Of a DNA stretch of 64,000 bases, positions 29,247-42,263 are shown in pieces. Numbering within the stretch: position 1 is the first letter of the stretch; the number at the start of each line of letters is the position of its first letter. A model generated the notes under the pieces. The model was given only the letters and a program-made list of their open reading frames with translations, was not told where the DNA came from and did not search any database. The stretch covers positions 81,736-145,735 of the forward strand of contig ADNK01001594.1 of NCBI GenBank assembly GCA_000320545.1. Direction: 5' to 3'. Origin of the DNA: Bigelowiella natans CCMP2755 (Eukaryota; Protista; Cercozoa). Position numbers and translations under genes: made by a program.

Positions 29247-29501
29247 AGATGATACGATAGACCAAATTCATGTATACTTTTCGTTCACTAGGAATGACAA
29301 TATGAGTAGGATGTTTTGAGCTTAACATAAGGCAAGCCTTCATGTTAAAGTCATCACACATGAAGACTGCTGTAATTTTTTGCCTGCGCCTGCCGGGTGC
29401 AAGTAGAGCCGACAGATACAGCAGCGATGTCAAGTAGTGCATGTGCGTAACATGTACGCATGCATGGTAATGCTCTGACTGGTCACTGCTGGGCCCAGAG
29501 T

Positions 29502-29770
29502 CCTAAAGGCCTCTGGCTGATTACGTTGGAAAAAGTGCATTTGCATTCATCAATGATTAGATTACATGTGTTGTGCAAAAGCATGCACATAAACACATGC
29601 ATTCATGTGCATTGCAGACAATGCTGTCAGCTAGAGTACATGTTAGCACACGTGTATAAATTTGCTTGGTGTACGTGTAGATACGAAAAGTGCACATGTG
29701 TTTGTTTGATACACACGAACAACATGAGCACATGTGTTTTGCACGCGTACATCAACCAGAGGCCTTTAGG
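29502..29770. mobile_element. Small MITE-like inverted-repeat element
   Basis: CCTAAAGGCCTCTGGCTGAT (29502-29521) is the reverse complement of ATCAACCAGAGGCCTTTAGG (29751-29770) at 19 of 20 positions. The interior is non-coding and TGCA-rich. Confidence 0.55.
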
Positions 29771-30097
29771 TACATAGGCCTCTGGCAGGCGCAAGCATGC
29801 ATGCTAGATGCTTTGATGGCCTCACATACTTTAGCTAGTTATTATCCGCATTGCATCCGGCCCAAAATGCTGAAAACGAATGAAGATATCTAATAGAGCT
29901 GCACTTTGGCACATATTAGGATTACAATCGAAAAATTAACACATTCATTACATCCGTCATACACATTGTCACACATTGCTACAGTACAAATGACTCAAAT
30001 GAGTAGTTATCTCAAGATTTTCTGCACTCGATATCTCGAGGAAAATAAAACCACACCTAGCAAGTGGTTTACAGTTGCGACGCCCGATCCTGGCCTT

Positions 30098-31297
30098 CTA
30101 CAATTTGTGGTATGCAAATGCTTTTGGGAAAAGCTCGCGGTCAACGGCGACAGCTATATCAAACCTTTCCTGCTTTTTGTTGAACTTGCTTCCCCAACGT
30201 CCATTCACGTTGTAAGGAACCGCTGGCGAAAAACTGCAAATGGATGGCTCCAATGCTACAATAGCCGCCAATGGATCGTGCAGTTTTTTACCCGATGGTT
30301 TCCGTTTGAGATAAACATCCATTGCCCTCCATATCCAGGAAAGGGAGGCAGATCCTTTGACTTTCTCCGCCAAAAAATCATGCAATTTCTTGTCGTATAC
30401 TACTCCGTGGCACACATTTTTAGCTACCATCCGTATCCTCGGGAGAGCATTCTCAGCGTGTTTACTGAACAGAAATTCCGCGTCGGCACGCGCACCACCG
30501 AGATTATATGTGGCAACTACCTCCTTTCCCGCAAATTTGTTCAGTCGATGCTCGGGTGGCACAATGCTGTCGCCAGCAAATCCACCTTGACACACCCATA
30601 AGGGGATGTGAATACGCTTATTGTTTTCCTTTTCATTCATCATAATCCCCCCTCGTATGGCCCGTGCAATTCCCTTCGGCGGAGATCCTGTTATTACTAC
30701 GTCTGGTCCTAGTGCATAGAGCTCCTCGGGCGTCATGTCAGGTTTTCTTTCGATGCGCTTTAGTCCAATGCCACCTTTATTTCTATCCTTGGTGTGCCAG
30801 GGTGAAACACATCCGTTTCCAGATTTTGTCTTGTGATCAGGATTTACGGAAGCGATGGGAGGGAGTTTACGCTTCGTTCCATGCTTACCTCCCTTTTCCA
30901 GCCCCCACACCTGTTCTAGAACTTGTGCAGCAACTGAAATTTGCAAGGGAGTTCCAGGCACCATGCAGACTCCGATGAGCTCCACTCGCGGATGGCCTGC
31001 AAGCCAAGCGAGGGTCAGCATATCGTCAGGGTCTCCAGTTTCGAGCTCTGCAATTACTCGTACTTTGCAACTTGTTTCTGTCTCCTTTTCATTTCCATTA
31101 GAAACCATTTTAGTCTCAGTATCGAAGTCCCCTAGAAATGTCCCAGCGGCGCATGACGTACTCGATGATGGAGCACCTATTTTTTTCTCCTTTTGCTGTG
31201 ACTTCTTCTTTGATGTCGGTAGACCCTCTCCTCTTCTCAACCTTATCGATTTTCCCTGTTCCTTCAATCGTGCGTCCCGCATTTCCCTCCAGGCCAT
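30098..31297 (-). CDS. Inosine/uridine-preferring nucleoside hydrolase family protein, intronless
   Basis: 399-aa ORF with an N-terminal Asp cluster ELETGDPDDMLTL (variant of DxDxxxDD), HPRVELIGV, QGGFAG, TYNLGG, KNVCH, and C-terminal LHDPLAA. It has a basic N-terminal extension. Confidence 0.85.
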   Translation of the reverse strand: MAWREMRDARLKEQGKSIRLRRGEGLPTSKKKSQQKEKKIGAPSSSTSCAAGTFLGDFDTETKMVSNGNEKETETSCKVRVIAELETGDPDDMLTLAWLAGHPRVELIGVCMVPGTPLQISVAAQVLEQVWGLEKGGKHGTKRKLPPIASVNPDHKTKSGNGCVSPWHTKDRNKGGIGLKRIERKPDMTPEELYALGPDVVITGSPPKGIARAIRGGIMMNEKENNKRIHIPLWVCQGGFAGDSIVPPEHRLNKFAGKEVVATYNLGGARADAEFLFSKHAENALPRIRMVAKNVCHGVVYDKKLHDFLAEKVKGSASLSWIWRAMDVYLKRKPSGKKLHDPLAAIVALEPSICSFSPAVPYNVNGRWGSKFNKKQERFDIAVAVDRELFPKAFAYHKL

Positions 31298-31652
31298 CCT
31301 GTTAGCTGTGTGTTGTTTTTCAAGCTGTGCTATTTCCTAGGATTTGTCTGGATTGTGAGGAGTGCCAGAATGATTAAGGTAGACAAATACAGGATTTGGA
31401 ATTATCTCTAAGTCGCACAGGAAAGATGCCCTACAACCGAACATCGAAGGAATCGTTCAGGATATTTCTACGACTTCGAAAGGTAGTCCTCTCATTGAGT
31501 TGAAATGTTCCTGGAACTTTCTTTGCCAATAGTTTCGATGCCCTTGTCGCATGTGCAAATTGGCCTATGTTTGTGTTATCGTCGCTCGTCTCATGGAAAA
31601 ACTATACTGTTGGTTTCGAGAGCAGCCGAGGGAATGATGTCCATGAAAGGGA

Positions 31653-33734
31653 ATGTTACAGCCATTTGGTAGGGCCGCACATTGGAGACTTAATGACCCT
31701 TACGAACGTACATGGTCTGGGTCTAATCGAGTATTGCCCCAAGGAAGTCATTCAAACGCAAAAACTTCGGACATTCACGATGAGAAGAAGGTATCTGGTG
31801 ATTTCTTACAATTCCGCTTACCACTGCTTTGTGTTCTGTCAAATCCTAAATTCTTTCAGTTTCACCGCATTCATCTCTGATGCGCAAAATATCATCCCCC
31901 CTCAGAAGGATAAAGGAAGATTCTCCTCGAAGGTAGTTCGTGTTTTGCTGTTGCATGGATGGGCTGGAAACGCTGGCGTTATAGAGGTACACGAAAATTA
32001 AACACTATAGTGGTGTGGCACCTCCACCTTTCATCTCCAGACAATGCAACTGACACGTGTTTATGAACTTTTTTTAAATTACTTATCAGCGTATGACTCG
32101 ACGGCTTTGTCGTCGCCTCAAAGATTTGGTGGATTTTGTGATACCTTCTGCACCGATATCACTACCGCCTCTCGAGTCTCCCCCCCCTCCTCCTCGTCGA
32201 GGACGTCCAAACGCGCGAGCATGGTTGATCCTCACTCAATTTGTCACATACGATTCTGTCTCATGACTAGTTTAGTCATACGGCTCTTTTGCCCATATTT
32301 AAGTAACAAATTCGTTAACATACCACTGTAAACAGGTTTGTGTACAATATGGATAATCCATCGGACACAAATGGATTTTTGCAGACGTCAACAGGTATGA
32401 AAAAGTGTGGAGCACAGAAGATTGAAATATCGATTGGAAACTGTAGAATTTCATGACGAAACAGTGACAATTTTAATCTGCGACGTGTTGGACGCGTTAG
32501 CGCGTCGCATGACCAATATCATTTCACAAAGATACTTTTGTTTTGGTATTTAGTAGCAATACGCAATGAGATAAATTTAATGGGCATAAGAAAGTGTTTA
32601 TTTATCGCAATTTTCCCCCTCCCTCTCTTCAAATCTTAATGCTCTCGAAATATATGATTTTATGATGATATTTCACAGTCAAATATTACAAATGGGAAGA
32701 ATCTGTGCGACATCTACACAAAATATGGTATTTTATCTTCGTCTTGAGTAACACAGCAGCATGTATACTCTTAATTTCACCTTTGCCATTTAAGGATTTC
32801 GATGCAACTTACATTTTGTAATAATCTATTAATTAAATAAAAGCAAGGACGAAGGTCCATTTGATGGAATCATGGGCTTCTCACAAGGTACTTTGGACCC
32901 CCCCAACCTCCTACTCTTTCACTATTTTCTCAAGGGTCACATCTTTCAGGAGCTGCGGCCGTTCATCTCCTCCTTCAAGGCCATTTCGAAAGGTGCGCCG
33001 ACTTGATGAATAAGAGACGTAGCAATGATGTGGTCTTTTGCTCAGGATATTTACGAAATTTCGCTTTCGATTCGTGGTTCTCGCTGCGGGGTTTGCAGGC
33101 AGCGGTTGTGGAAACGGTTGGTCACACAAGGTATTGATGCGGTCATGATTGATGACAAAGTGAAAACAATTGGTTTCGTAGTCATGTTCAATCAAATTTA
33201 ACAAGTATATGTGCTGGTGATGACTTTTTTATACATCATTCAGATTGAGATTCCATCTTTACACTTCTCAGGAGATGCAGATACGACGGTTCAATTTTTT
33301 TATCATTTCTGTCCTCCTAGTTTATTATGCATATGGGTGATATTGTGCATGTGAATCATTGATGCAAGTAAAGAGCAATTTATCATATTCTGATACGCCA
33401 ATCTTTTAGGTTCCTCCATGCCACCAAAGTCACCTATTTTCATGTAATATTGTAGCTTTAGCTTAGAAATAGAGAGCTGATTTATAACACTTTTCACAGG
33501 CTTTTCGGAAAAGAACAGAGTTTTGTCCAGACACCTCGGAGGACATATATGTGAGCAAACACTAATATTTTTGCCTCGTTAAATTGTACTAATTTTCCTT
33601 CTTCTATTTTTTTCTTACTGTTGCCTGCAGTACCTCAGAAATCAAAAGATGTAGCTACAATTCGTGCTTTCATCGAAAAATATTCCAATGCTTCAGAGCA
33701 TGCTTTAGAATCATGTCGTCACAAATTAAAATGA
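31653..33734 (+). CDS. FSH1/OVCA2-family serine hydrolase, multi-exon; start uncertain
   Basis: VRVLLLHGWAGNAGVIE (31935-31986), EGPFDGIMGFSQG|AAAV (nucleophile GxSxG, 32850-32960), RFVVLAAGF, IEIPSLHFSGDADT (Asp), HLGGHI (His), then PQKSKDVATIRAFIEK and stop at 33734. Confidence 0.82.
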
Positions 33735-34520
33735 CATATTGCTGCGCAGGTTTTGCACCTAGTAGCCACAGCCAGCAGCCAGCAGCCAGCGGCCAGCAGC
33801 CAATAGCCCGCGCAAATGTACATGCCGAAATATGTAGGCGATGTGTGGTTCTTCTCTAAACGATGCTTAGTACGGCACTTTGAATCTATCATGCAAATTT
33901 CTTTTTTTCTCAGCATGCAGCAGCAGCAAAAATAGCATTCAAGGCAGAAATAGGCTGCTAAAAAAGAGGAGCATAGTCCTGTCGTCGATTGTGGACGCAA
34001 ATACATGGAGTGCTAGTTTGGAGTGAACGTTGAATGCCGCAGTGACGGTTGAAGTTTGCGACGGGCAAAGCTAGAAAGTGCCTTCTACCATGTGGCGAGA
34101 CAATGCGAGAGACCCTAACTAGCGAATAATGCACATCAATTTATCCAGGCCCTTCTTTAATTTTTTTAGCTAACCTCACTCACATGCTTGAATGTGCCGT
34201 GCCTCATCCTTTTTCGAAGACGTCGGAATGGCACCAGGTAGGTTGTGAGGCATCGGTGAACAATTCTCCATTTCTCAGAATTCCGGGAATTATTGTTCAT
34301 CTTGCATTTAGAACATTCTCCGATGTCTCTACATGAAAATCGCATTGATCCAAGGGGACTTTTGCAGACGTTCGAAGAAAGCAGAACGTGTGCATATAAC
34401 AGACTGTTTTGAAAGTGCGACAACAAAATATGTGCTAAAAGTCTTGCAATTGACAATGTACAAAGAGCAGCCCTCAAACAGCTAACCAGGAATGGCACCC
34501 TCCTCGCGAATAACATAGAG

Positions 34521-35220
34521 ATGGTGGGTGATTCCTCGGATGAAATAAAGAATGTTTCACACAATTTTCCGAGATTCAATCCTTTATTTGAACTGGGATG
34601 AACCGGGAAAGGGTTTTTCGTTTTTCGCTTCATCGGAAGTTTTTCTCTTTCTTCTCTTCCGTCGGGCAAAGGACCATTTGAATCTGAATAAAAGAACATG
34701 TTGCAAATCAGGTGAAATCCGCCACAGCTTCAATACCATGCCTAGTTGTACCTCCGGTGACTACTGATAAAATGAAATAAAATTTTTGGCCGTATGTAAT
34801 GTGCTCCCTTTTACCCATGATTAGGTCCTTCGCTTTTCAAATGCAGAGGTGAAGCTCTAATGTAACTTTGTATAGTATTCGAAGACATTGGCGCTCACTT
34901 CTGACTGTTTGTGACAAAATTTTTCTTGCCATTCTTTCCAGAGCGGTCATAAACAGGTATGCGAGCTACCTTGAACAACACATTTTAATTTAATTCCAGT
35001 TTTCGATTTACTTTCATTTTTTTGCCATTGTTGTATACGATTCCTTCAACAATCAGATCTTGACTGTGTACAACCCCTTAAATTTCTACGTCGAGTTTAA
35101 AATACTCTCAACGCGTCCTGATTCCTACGACGTCATCCCCGCTACAGGTACGTAAGTAGTTGTTGCTGATCCAGCTGTAGTAGCCATGTTTTTATTCGAT
35201 TTAGCTGCTTTTTATGATGT

Positions 35221-35286
<66 letters not shown>

Positions 35287-36120
35287 ACATCTTAACTCCC
35301 AGTCTTCCATTGATGTAGTGGTAATATGAATTAAGTTGTCAGTAGGCCCCGACATCATTCTAACAGCACCCACTAATAGTACTAAAACAACATAAATTGC
35401 AATTACTGATACTAACACTGCTACTACTACTATCACACAACAGCTGCTGCTTGCTACTGTTACTACGATACCTGCTTCTACACACCTAAAGAACATCACC
35501 ATCACATGATGACGCACTTCTTGCAACATTCTTGGCAGATAAAGTTAAAGGAGGACGGCGAGGCTGTGTCCAAGAAACACAAATTTTTAGTGCGTGTATT
35601 CAATACGAAAGCCTCTGTCGCGGGAGATCAAGTCGTCACCGTAGAGTACAAGAGGAGGAGGAAAAATGCGAAAAATGTATCAGTGGTAACGTAAGCGCTT
35701 ACTCTTAGAAATAGAGCATACTAAATGATCCTACAACTTCTTATTAGGAGGCATTGCACAAATTGAAACATGAAGTTGTCCGCAGTAAGACTATATTCTG
35801 TTAATCCATTTTCTCCACACTAATTTTCTATCATATAAACGATCAGAAAATGTCGAAATGAATATGAGAAAGAAGAAATGGAATATATATCCCTTCATCA
35901 TCGGTGGCCTCCTCGTCGCCTTGTTTGCCTCTTATGAAATATCATCACTGAGCTCTACTTCAAAGATGTTTATATCCTACCTCATTGGTCAGCAGAAGAG
36001 CAATTTTGCAAGCTAATTTTATTCTGAGTTGCTAATGAGTTGCTGCTGTTCGGTCGTGACATACGTTTTGTGCTCTCTTCAGGAATCTGTGTGACCCTAG
36101 CTTATTCTGGAGATTGGTGA
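34521..36120 (+). CDS. MOSPD1-like motile sperm (MSP) domain membrane protein, ~10 small exons
   Basis: Spliced product MVGDSSDEIKN|VKSATASIPCLVVPP|VLRFSNAE|SGHKQ|ILTVYNPLNFYVEFKILSTRPDSYDVIPAT|GHLNSQSSIDVV|IKLK..HKFLV.. with two C-terminal hydrophobic segments (YPFIIGGLLVALFA; KMFISYLI|GICVTLAY), stop at 36120. It matches the MOSPD1 HKQVLTLYNP pattern. Confidence 0.82.
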
Positions 36121-38089
36121 TTGGTTCACGGAGACGACGTTAGCTATTTGAATTGATGCGGTTTGGAGATACAGAAAATTTAATATGGGCAGTAGACAAC
36201 TTGACGTCGTTATGAGAGTAGCAGTGGCACTAGTTGAAATTTACACTATTCTGTTATCTGTGATGCTGAATTAGTTCGTTGTCAAAAAGACATCACGATG
36301 CGTACCTTGCCATATGCAATTAACAAAAATCTGTCTTGAAGGAAAAAAATAAGTAGAAATACAATCCCTAATGTACGATGCGGCTCATAGAAATATAGCA
36401 TAAATGAACGTGGATGCATGTGGAAAACATTAAAATTTCTGTCATTGGCGAGGCAATCATCTCTAGCTAGCTAGATCTAGCCAAGTGTGACATCGCCCGT
36501 TATGCATTGGCTTGTCTGTTCTTATGAAAAACGTGATCAACATTGTGATAGCAGCGGAAGACACTGGGACATTCTAGACAATTCTGCGGGCCATGCTAGC
36601 AGGTAGCATGTCCTGCGTGCTAGCTAGCTAGCATGTCCTGCTACACTGTGGACACTAGCTCGCATAGGGTACCCAGTGTTAATGCTGTAGCTGTTGTACC
36701 AACAACATCGCAGCGCCTGCAAATGCCAACGCACGCAATTGTGCACAATTGCTTTCAAACAACAAACAGTGACATGGCAGGTTCAAACAAGGCGGCGCTT
36801 GTGCAGGCCAAAAGTTGCCACAAGCATCGGCCGTGCGTACAGCTGTAGAGTTGTAGATCAGCTGAGATGCTGACTGAATTCTGTGCAACATTTTGCATGG
36901 ATTAGCTATGGATGATGCGAAACGCTCCGTCCAGTCGCGGTCTGGCAGGATTCTGCACAGCGTTGGCGCTTGAGACATCCATGGATGGCATCGACAATTC
37001 TAGGAGAGATCCATTGAACACCACGTACACCACTCTCTTGTTTGAAAAACGAAAAATTGTAATAAATCGGATTGTTTTTCTGCCTGCGACAAAGGAAAAA
37101 CACCAGGTTCTGTAGTTATTGTCGTCGTAATATTTAGTCAAGACATAGCCCAGTGGGGTGTATGCCATTACTGGAATTTCTGAGTGCCCCCCCTTCCTGC
37201 ATGCACCAAGATGGTCGCGCAGACACCCGGTGTGGATAAATATTTAGGAAAGAAATAGCTTTGAATTGATCATTTATGGTAGTTGTTGTTATCTGGGCAA
37301 GTACGATATCGATTACAGAAACTTGACTTTGTCCGTTCTTGATCGATTCTCATTATCGTTTCAGAGCATACCCTGAATTTTTGTGGTTACAGTCTGCCAT
37401 TCGCCTTTCATCTCATAACATAAATCGCAAAGGTTTGCCAGCCGATACAGACGTTGCAATCAAGACGAAAATTGACATTTCAGCGACACTGAAGAGCTTC
37501 GCGTTTAAGATGTCGGGCAGAGTGGATCAGGGATTAGAGGCCCAGAACAGACGAAATGCTATCAAACGCCGAGCTAAGGAGGAATATCCCGTCGCATATA
37601 TTGTTTATGCTCTTTCGTCATTCACATACACAATGGTAATAAGTTCACAATGCATCGAATATGCTGCCTGACATTGGTACTTGGAACTGTCCACAGCTGG
37701 GAATCTCAATGTTGACCATATTCCGGGATCTTCCACACAGTTTCCGAGAAAATTGTCTCATCAACCTCGATCTCTACGCAGTCCTGCTTGTAATTCAAGG
37801 GTAGAAGCGGCCTCCGTACACAGATGGTCAATAAAGATAATCATTTTTTGTCCTCCCTGTAACTCAGGCCTGTCTCATTTTGGGCGGATGTTCTGGAAGA
37901 CATGATATGGTACCGATAAGATGAAATTTCAAACCATCGTGTAAACCTCTTTTAACGTGTCTTTTGTGGATAACCATCACTTTACACACCAAGGATGCGG
38001 AAGGGTTTAGGTCAATTTTGTGATTCTTTACTGGCTCCAACTCTCACGGTGCTTGCGATTTCAGGTGATGATTACTTGTATAAAAGATG

Positions 38090-38134
<45 letters not shown>

Positions 38135-39353
38135 TTTGAGTTTAGACATATGGTATTTGATCTATCTGTTAAAACGTATTCAGGATCATTATACTGGGGC
38201 GAGCTCTTGAGCAATGAAGAGCTGTACTTAGCCAGGACTCTTATTACAGGTCGGATTGGATCGATGAACTGTCCCTATCTAAAACCCATTAGAATAATAT
38301 CCATCATATGCCACTACTCTCATCGCTCAATTATTCTTTCACATAATCACCCGTCTCTATTTCGTATGTTATTTGTCTCAGGACCTATCATATTCTGCGT
38401 AAATCGGTAGATCGCACCCATAAAACGGCATATTGATTTTGATTTTCTCATAATACCGCAGTATTAGTTTCACAAACCAATGCATCAGATATTTAGATGG
38501 TATATGTATCTGCTCACAACACAACCACATAATTATGTAAGTACTGTAGTATATTTACGAGGCAACTACTGTCTTTTAGGATGGTAACTGGCAAGTTCCC
38601 TGAAAAGTTCATTCTTCATTCTCTCTGGCACATCAGCATGCCAGTAATTGGAGCGGTGAGTACGGAGTATGCAGAGGGGCTGTTGTACACGCATAAGCAT
38701 GTTGCGGGAAAGAATAAAATCTATTCCATTTTAGCAATATCGTAATATTGGTCACTGAACATGATCTTTACATTTAGATGTTACTATCGACGATAATCTC
38801 CAGACGAAAACTTGACGAGGTGGTTGAGTAGGAACCCTCGCTGATGCAATGAGAATACAGCACAACGCAAAGGCACACGAACTAAGTGGCATTAAAATTT
38901 GACAACATTAATTAAACGACTCCGTCATCAGTGTGTCAAGCTGTTTTTCATGTAAATTGTCATTACCAACTGTAAATTGTGAACAATTTGTTGCATGATG
39001 TGATCATTATGATATTCTGTATTTGTCACTGCAACTGTGAGCAATTTCCAATATTTTGGGGGTTTGGGTGTTTCTGGCTGCGGTGCAAGTAGGTTGCAAC
39101 ATTCATCGTGTGAGGTGCATCATTCCAACTGCCCGTGGTCTTGGCCACTCCCAATTGTGTGCACGATCACTGATGTCCATTCGACGCACATGCGCGTTGC
39201 ACAACTCAAACACGAGATGCCGTGCACTAGATGCACACTGAGCGCACGATTGCACGATGGGCGTGTGTACCAGTCACAGCCAGAACTATTGTCAGAATGA
39301 CATCCTGTGTGGATGCGTGTCCTCTCCTCCCTGTCCGTCATTCTGCTCTCCTC

Positions 39354-39408
<55 letters not shown>

Positions 39409-39521
39409 TTCTTTCTCTTTCTCTTTCTTTCTGGCTTTCTGCCTGTGCATGTGTGTGTTCTCGGTGCATGAGCGTCTTCAATTGTGTGCGCACACGTTCT
39501 AGACGTTGCTTTTGTCAGTGT

Positions 39522-39564
<43 letters not shown>

Positions 39565-40383
39565 CGAGAGAGAGAGAGATGGAAAGAGGGAGCGAGAGTT
39601 GCGATTGTTGTGGTTTTTCCAATGGTGACTAGGTGAGGGATGTTGATGGTGTTGCAACGTGAGGAACAGGAATGCCTCGCTTGTTTTCTTTCGTTCAGTT
39701 GTTTGTTCTCAATTTGGCCCATGTCAATGCTGCTGTGTTGTCTTGTCCAGTTCCACGCGAAGGGCAATGATTGTTGTGGTGATGATGACAACGAGATTGA
39801 TGCGACCACAGTCATCACCAGGTCGTCGGGGTTGTGACGACAGACTGCTAGACTGCATGCAACCATCAATTGTGCCCGAACATTGAACATTTGGCTTCAC
39901 ATTGCTGCAGTCACCACGTGCGAGCAAGCACCTCATGATTGATTGATTGATTGATTGATTGATCAATCCGTGTTAACGAGTGGAGCAATCCCAAACTGAA
40001 GTGGATGATGTGAACAGTCGTGTGCCCTGGATTCAGGCACCAAGAGCGCATTTTTTTTTGCAGACGGCTCGATTTCCATCCCCCGTTTGCATTTTGCGTC
40101 GCTTCTGTTCCTACGACAACTAAATCCAGGACATGGTGAGTAAAATGGGCAATTAATTTCCCTGTCACTCCGTCTGCGAGCACCAGCTCTACGGCAATGT
40201 GCATCTCTGCCGAAGGATGCAAATGGCCATGTGTTTTAAAGCGACGACAAGACTAAAGGCTTGCCTTAGTACGCATCTTCATGGGTATCGTCTATCATCT
40301 TCCAACTCCATAGAAATAGTTTTCAAAAGTGCGGACAACAAGCTTCTTCTGTCGCGTCCACTCTCCACTGTCCACTGTCCACA

Positions 40384-42263
40384 ATGTGCTCCGTACATCT
40401 ATTGGCACGTTTCCTTTTCTTGACTTCCTTCAGTAGCATTGTTGGTAAGATTTAGTATGGATGCATGTATACGCTAACGGTGAAAGTCACATCGGCAACA
40501 TGTTGCTGCATTTAATGGAAAATGGAAGTGATTTTCGCAATTGGTAGAAAGTGTTTTTGAAGATCATTATGAAAAGTGGACACTCATTATGTGCAATTAT
40601 GTTTTTAGGCGAGAAGGGTGATTCATCTACACCTTTCAAACCCCACATAATTTACATTCTAGTGGACGATTGGGGATGGGCTGATGCAGGATATCACAGA
40701 GAGGTTAATGATTCGGATTTGCAGACACCAAACATTGATGATCTTGTCAGAAATGGCGTTGAGTTGGATAGATTCTATACGTATAAATTTTGTGGACCAA
40801 GTCGGTGTGCAATTCAGACTGGCAGGAATCCCATCCATGTCAACGTGCTCAATGATGAACCTGATGTCGCCAATCCTGGAGATCCTATCAGTGGATATGC
40901 AGGAATCCCTCCAAATATGACTGGAATGGCATCTATTTTGAAACGAGCTGGTTATCGAACTCATGCAGTAGGGAAATGGGATGTGGGTATGGCATCGCAA
41001 GCTCAGCATCCCAAGAATAGAGGATATGATTCATGGCTCGGATACTGGCATCATTGGAACGATTACTGGACTCACTATGAAGAAGAAGATACTTGTAATG
41101 GATCAAAGTTAAGAGATTTGTGGAAATATAATTCTTCCTATGATGGGCCTGCTTTTGAAGCTAAGAATGGGGGAAATTGTTCTCAGGAGAATCAGCAGCC
41201 TGAAGGGGAAATATGCGTGTATGAAGAAGAGATGTTCAAGTCCGAGGCCTTCCAGATTGTCCGTGATCACGCTTCAAGTCACAAAGAGGAGCCTTTGTTC
41301 CTCTTTTGGAGTCTTCATCTTGTCCATGCCCCAAACCAAGTTCCAGACTCTTACTTAGAAAAGTTCAAACATGTAGATGATCCCCGACGACGAGTAGTCA
41401 ACGCTATGGTGTACTATATGGACGAAGAAATTGGAGAAATGATTAGGTTACTGAAAAATGAAACAGCAGGGACCAATATTTGGAATCAAACTCTGGTAGT
41501 AATTCATAGCGACAATGAAGGTCCTCTTGAAGCCAGAGAAGATGCCATTCGTAATGAATCTTCCCTAGCCAATAATTGGCCTCTCACAGGAGGCAAGGGT
41601 TCTAATTGGGAAGGAGGTATTAGAGTGAATGCCCTTGTCTCGGGTGGTATAATACCGCAGAATCGTAGGGGGGAAAAGGAGACTGGATATGTGACAGCAT
41701 GGGATTGGTACAGTACTTTTGCTAGGCTAGCGCGGGAAGATCCATTTGATTATGAATCTTCCAAAGTTGGACTACCTCCCATTGACTCGATTAATGCATG
41801 GCCTACCCTGACAGGCAATGCGAACCAAGAGAGTCGTAAGGAAATAATTATTGGAGATGCAACGACTTTCGTATCTGGAAATACACTTGTGGGCGGTTTA
41901 ATAAGAGATCAATATAAGCTTTTGGTCGGCAAAAAGGATGGGGAAGGGGTCATCGGTTATTACGTGCAAACGGGCCCGTATTGGCCGAATAGTACTACTC
42001 CCAAACTTCCGCCAAGTTGGCCTCATTTTAATACGAAAGTATGCTGTAGAAAGGTTGAAAACGGATGCCTATTCAATATCTTTGATGACCCAAGTGAGAG
42101 AAACAGCTTGAGTGAACAGAAGCCGGATCTTTTCGTAGAACTACTATCACGTGTTGACAACGCACAGCTTTCAGTTTTTTCTCCAAATCGAGGGGAAAAG
42201 GATGATGAAGCATGCGATGTTGGAGAAAACACTTATAATGGATATTGGGGACCATTTCTCTAG
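40384..42263 (+). CDS. Arylsulfatase paralogue: signal-peptide exon 40384-40444 plus one long exon 40609-42263
   Basis: The ORF has PHIIYILVDDWGWAD, FCGPSRCAIQTGR, GKWDVG and NNWPLTGGKGSNWEGGIRV. The upstream exon MCSVHLLARFLFLTSFSSIV-G|GTAAG..TTTTAG|GC splices in phase. Confidence 0.92.

Noticed and set aside
29906-31340. Plus-strand ORFs overlapping the nucleoside hydrolase
   Set aside because: They are antisense shadows of the real gene.
33765-33808. GCCAGCA heptamer array (also GATAGGT at ~1137-1170)
   Set aside because: Simple tandem repeats with no spacers; not CRISPR or telomeric.
36900-40350. Possible gene or transposon remnant
   Set aside because: There are fragments of coding-like sequence on both strands, but I could not build a consistent spliced model or recognise a motif.
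40551-40608. Sulfatase start given by the ORF track
   Set aside because: It most likely lies in an intron; the upstream signal-peptide exon splices in phase.
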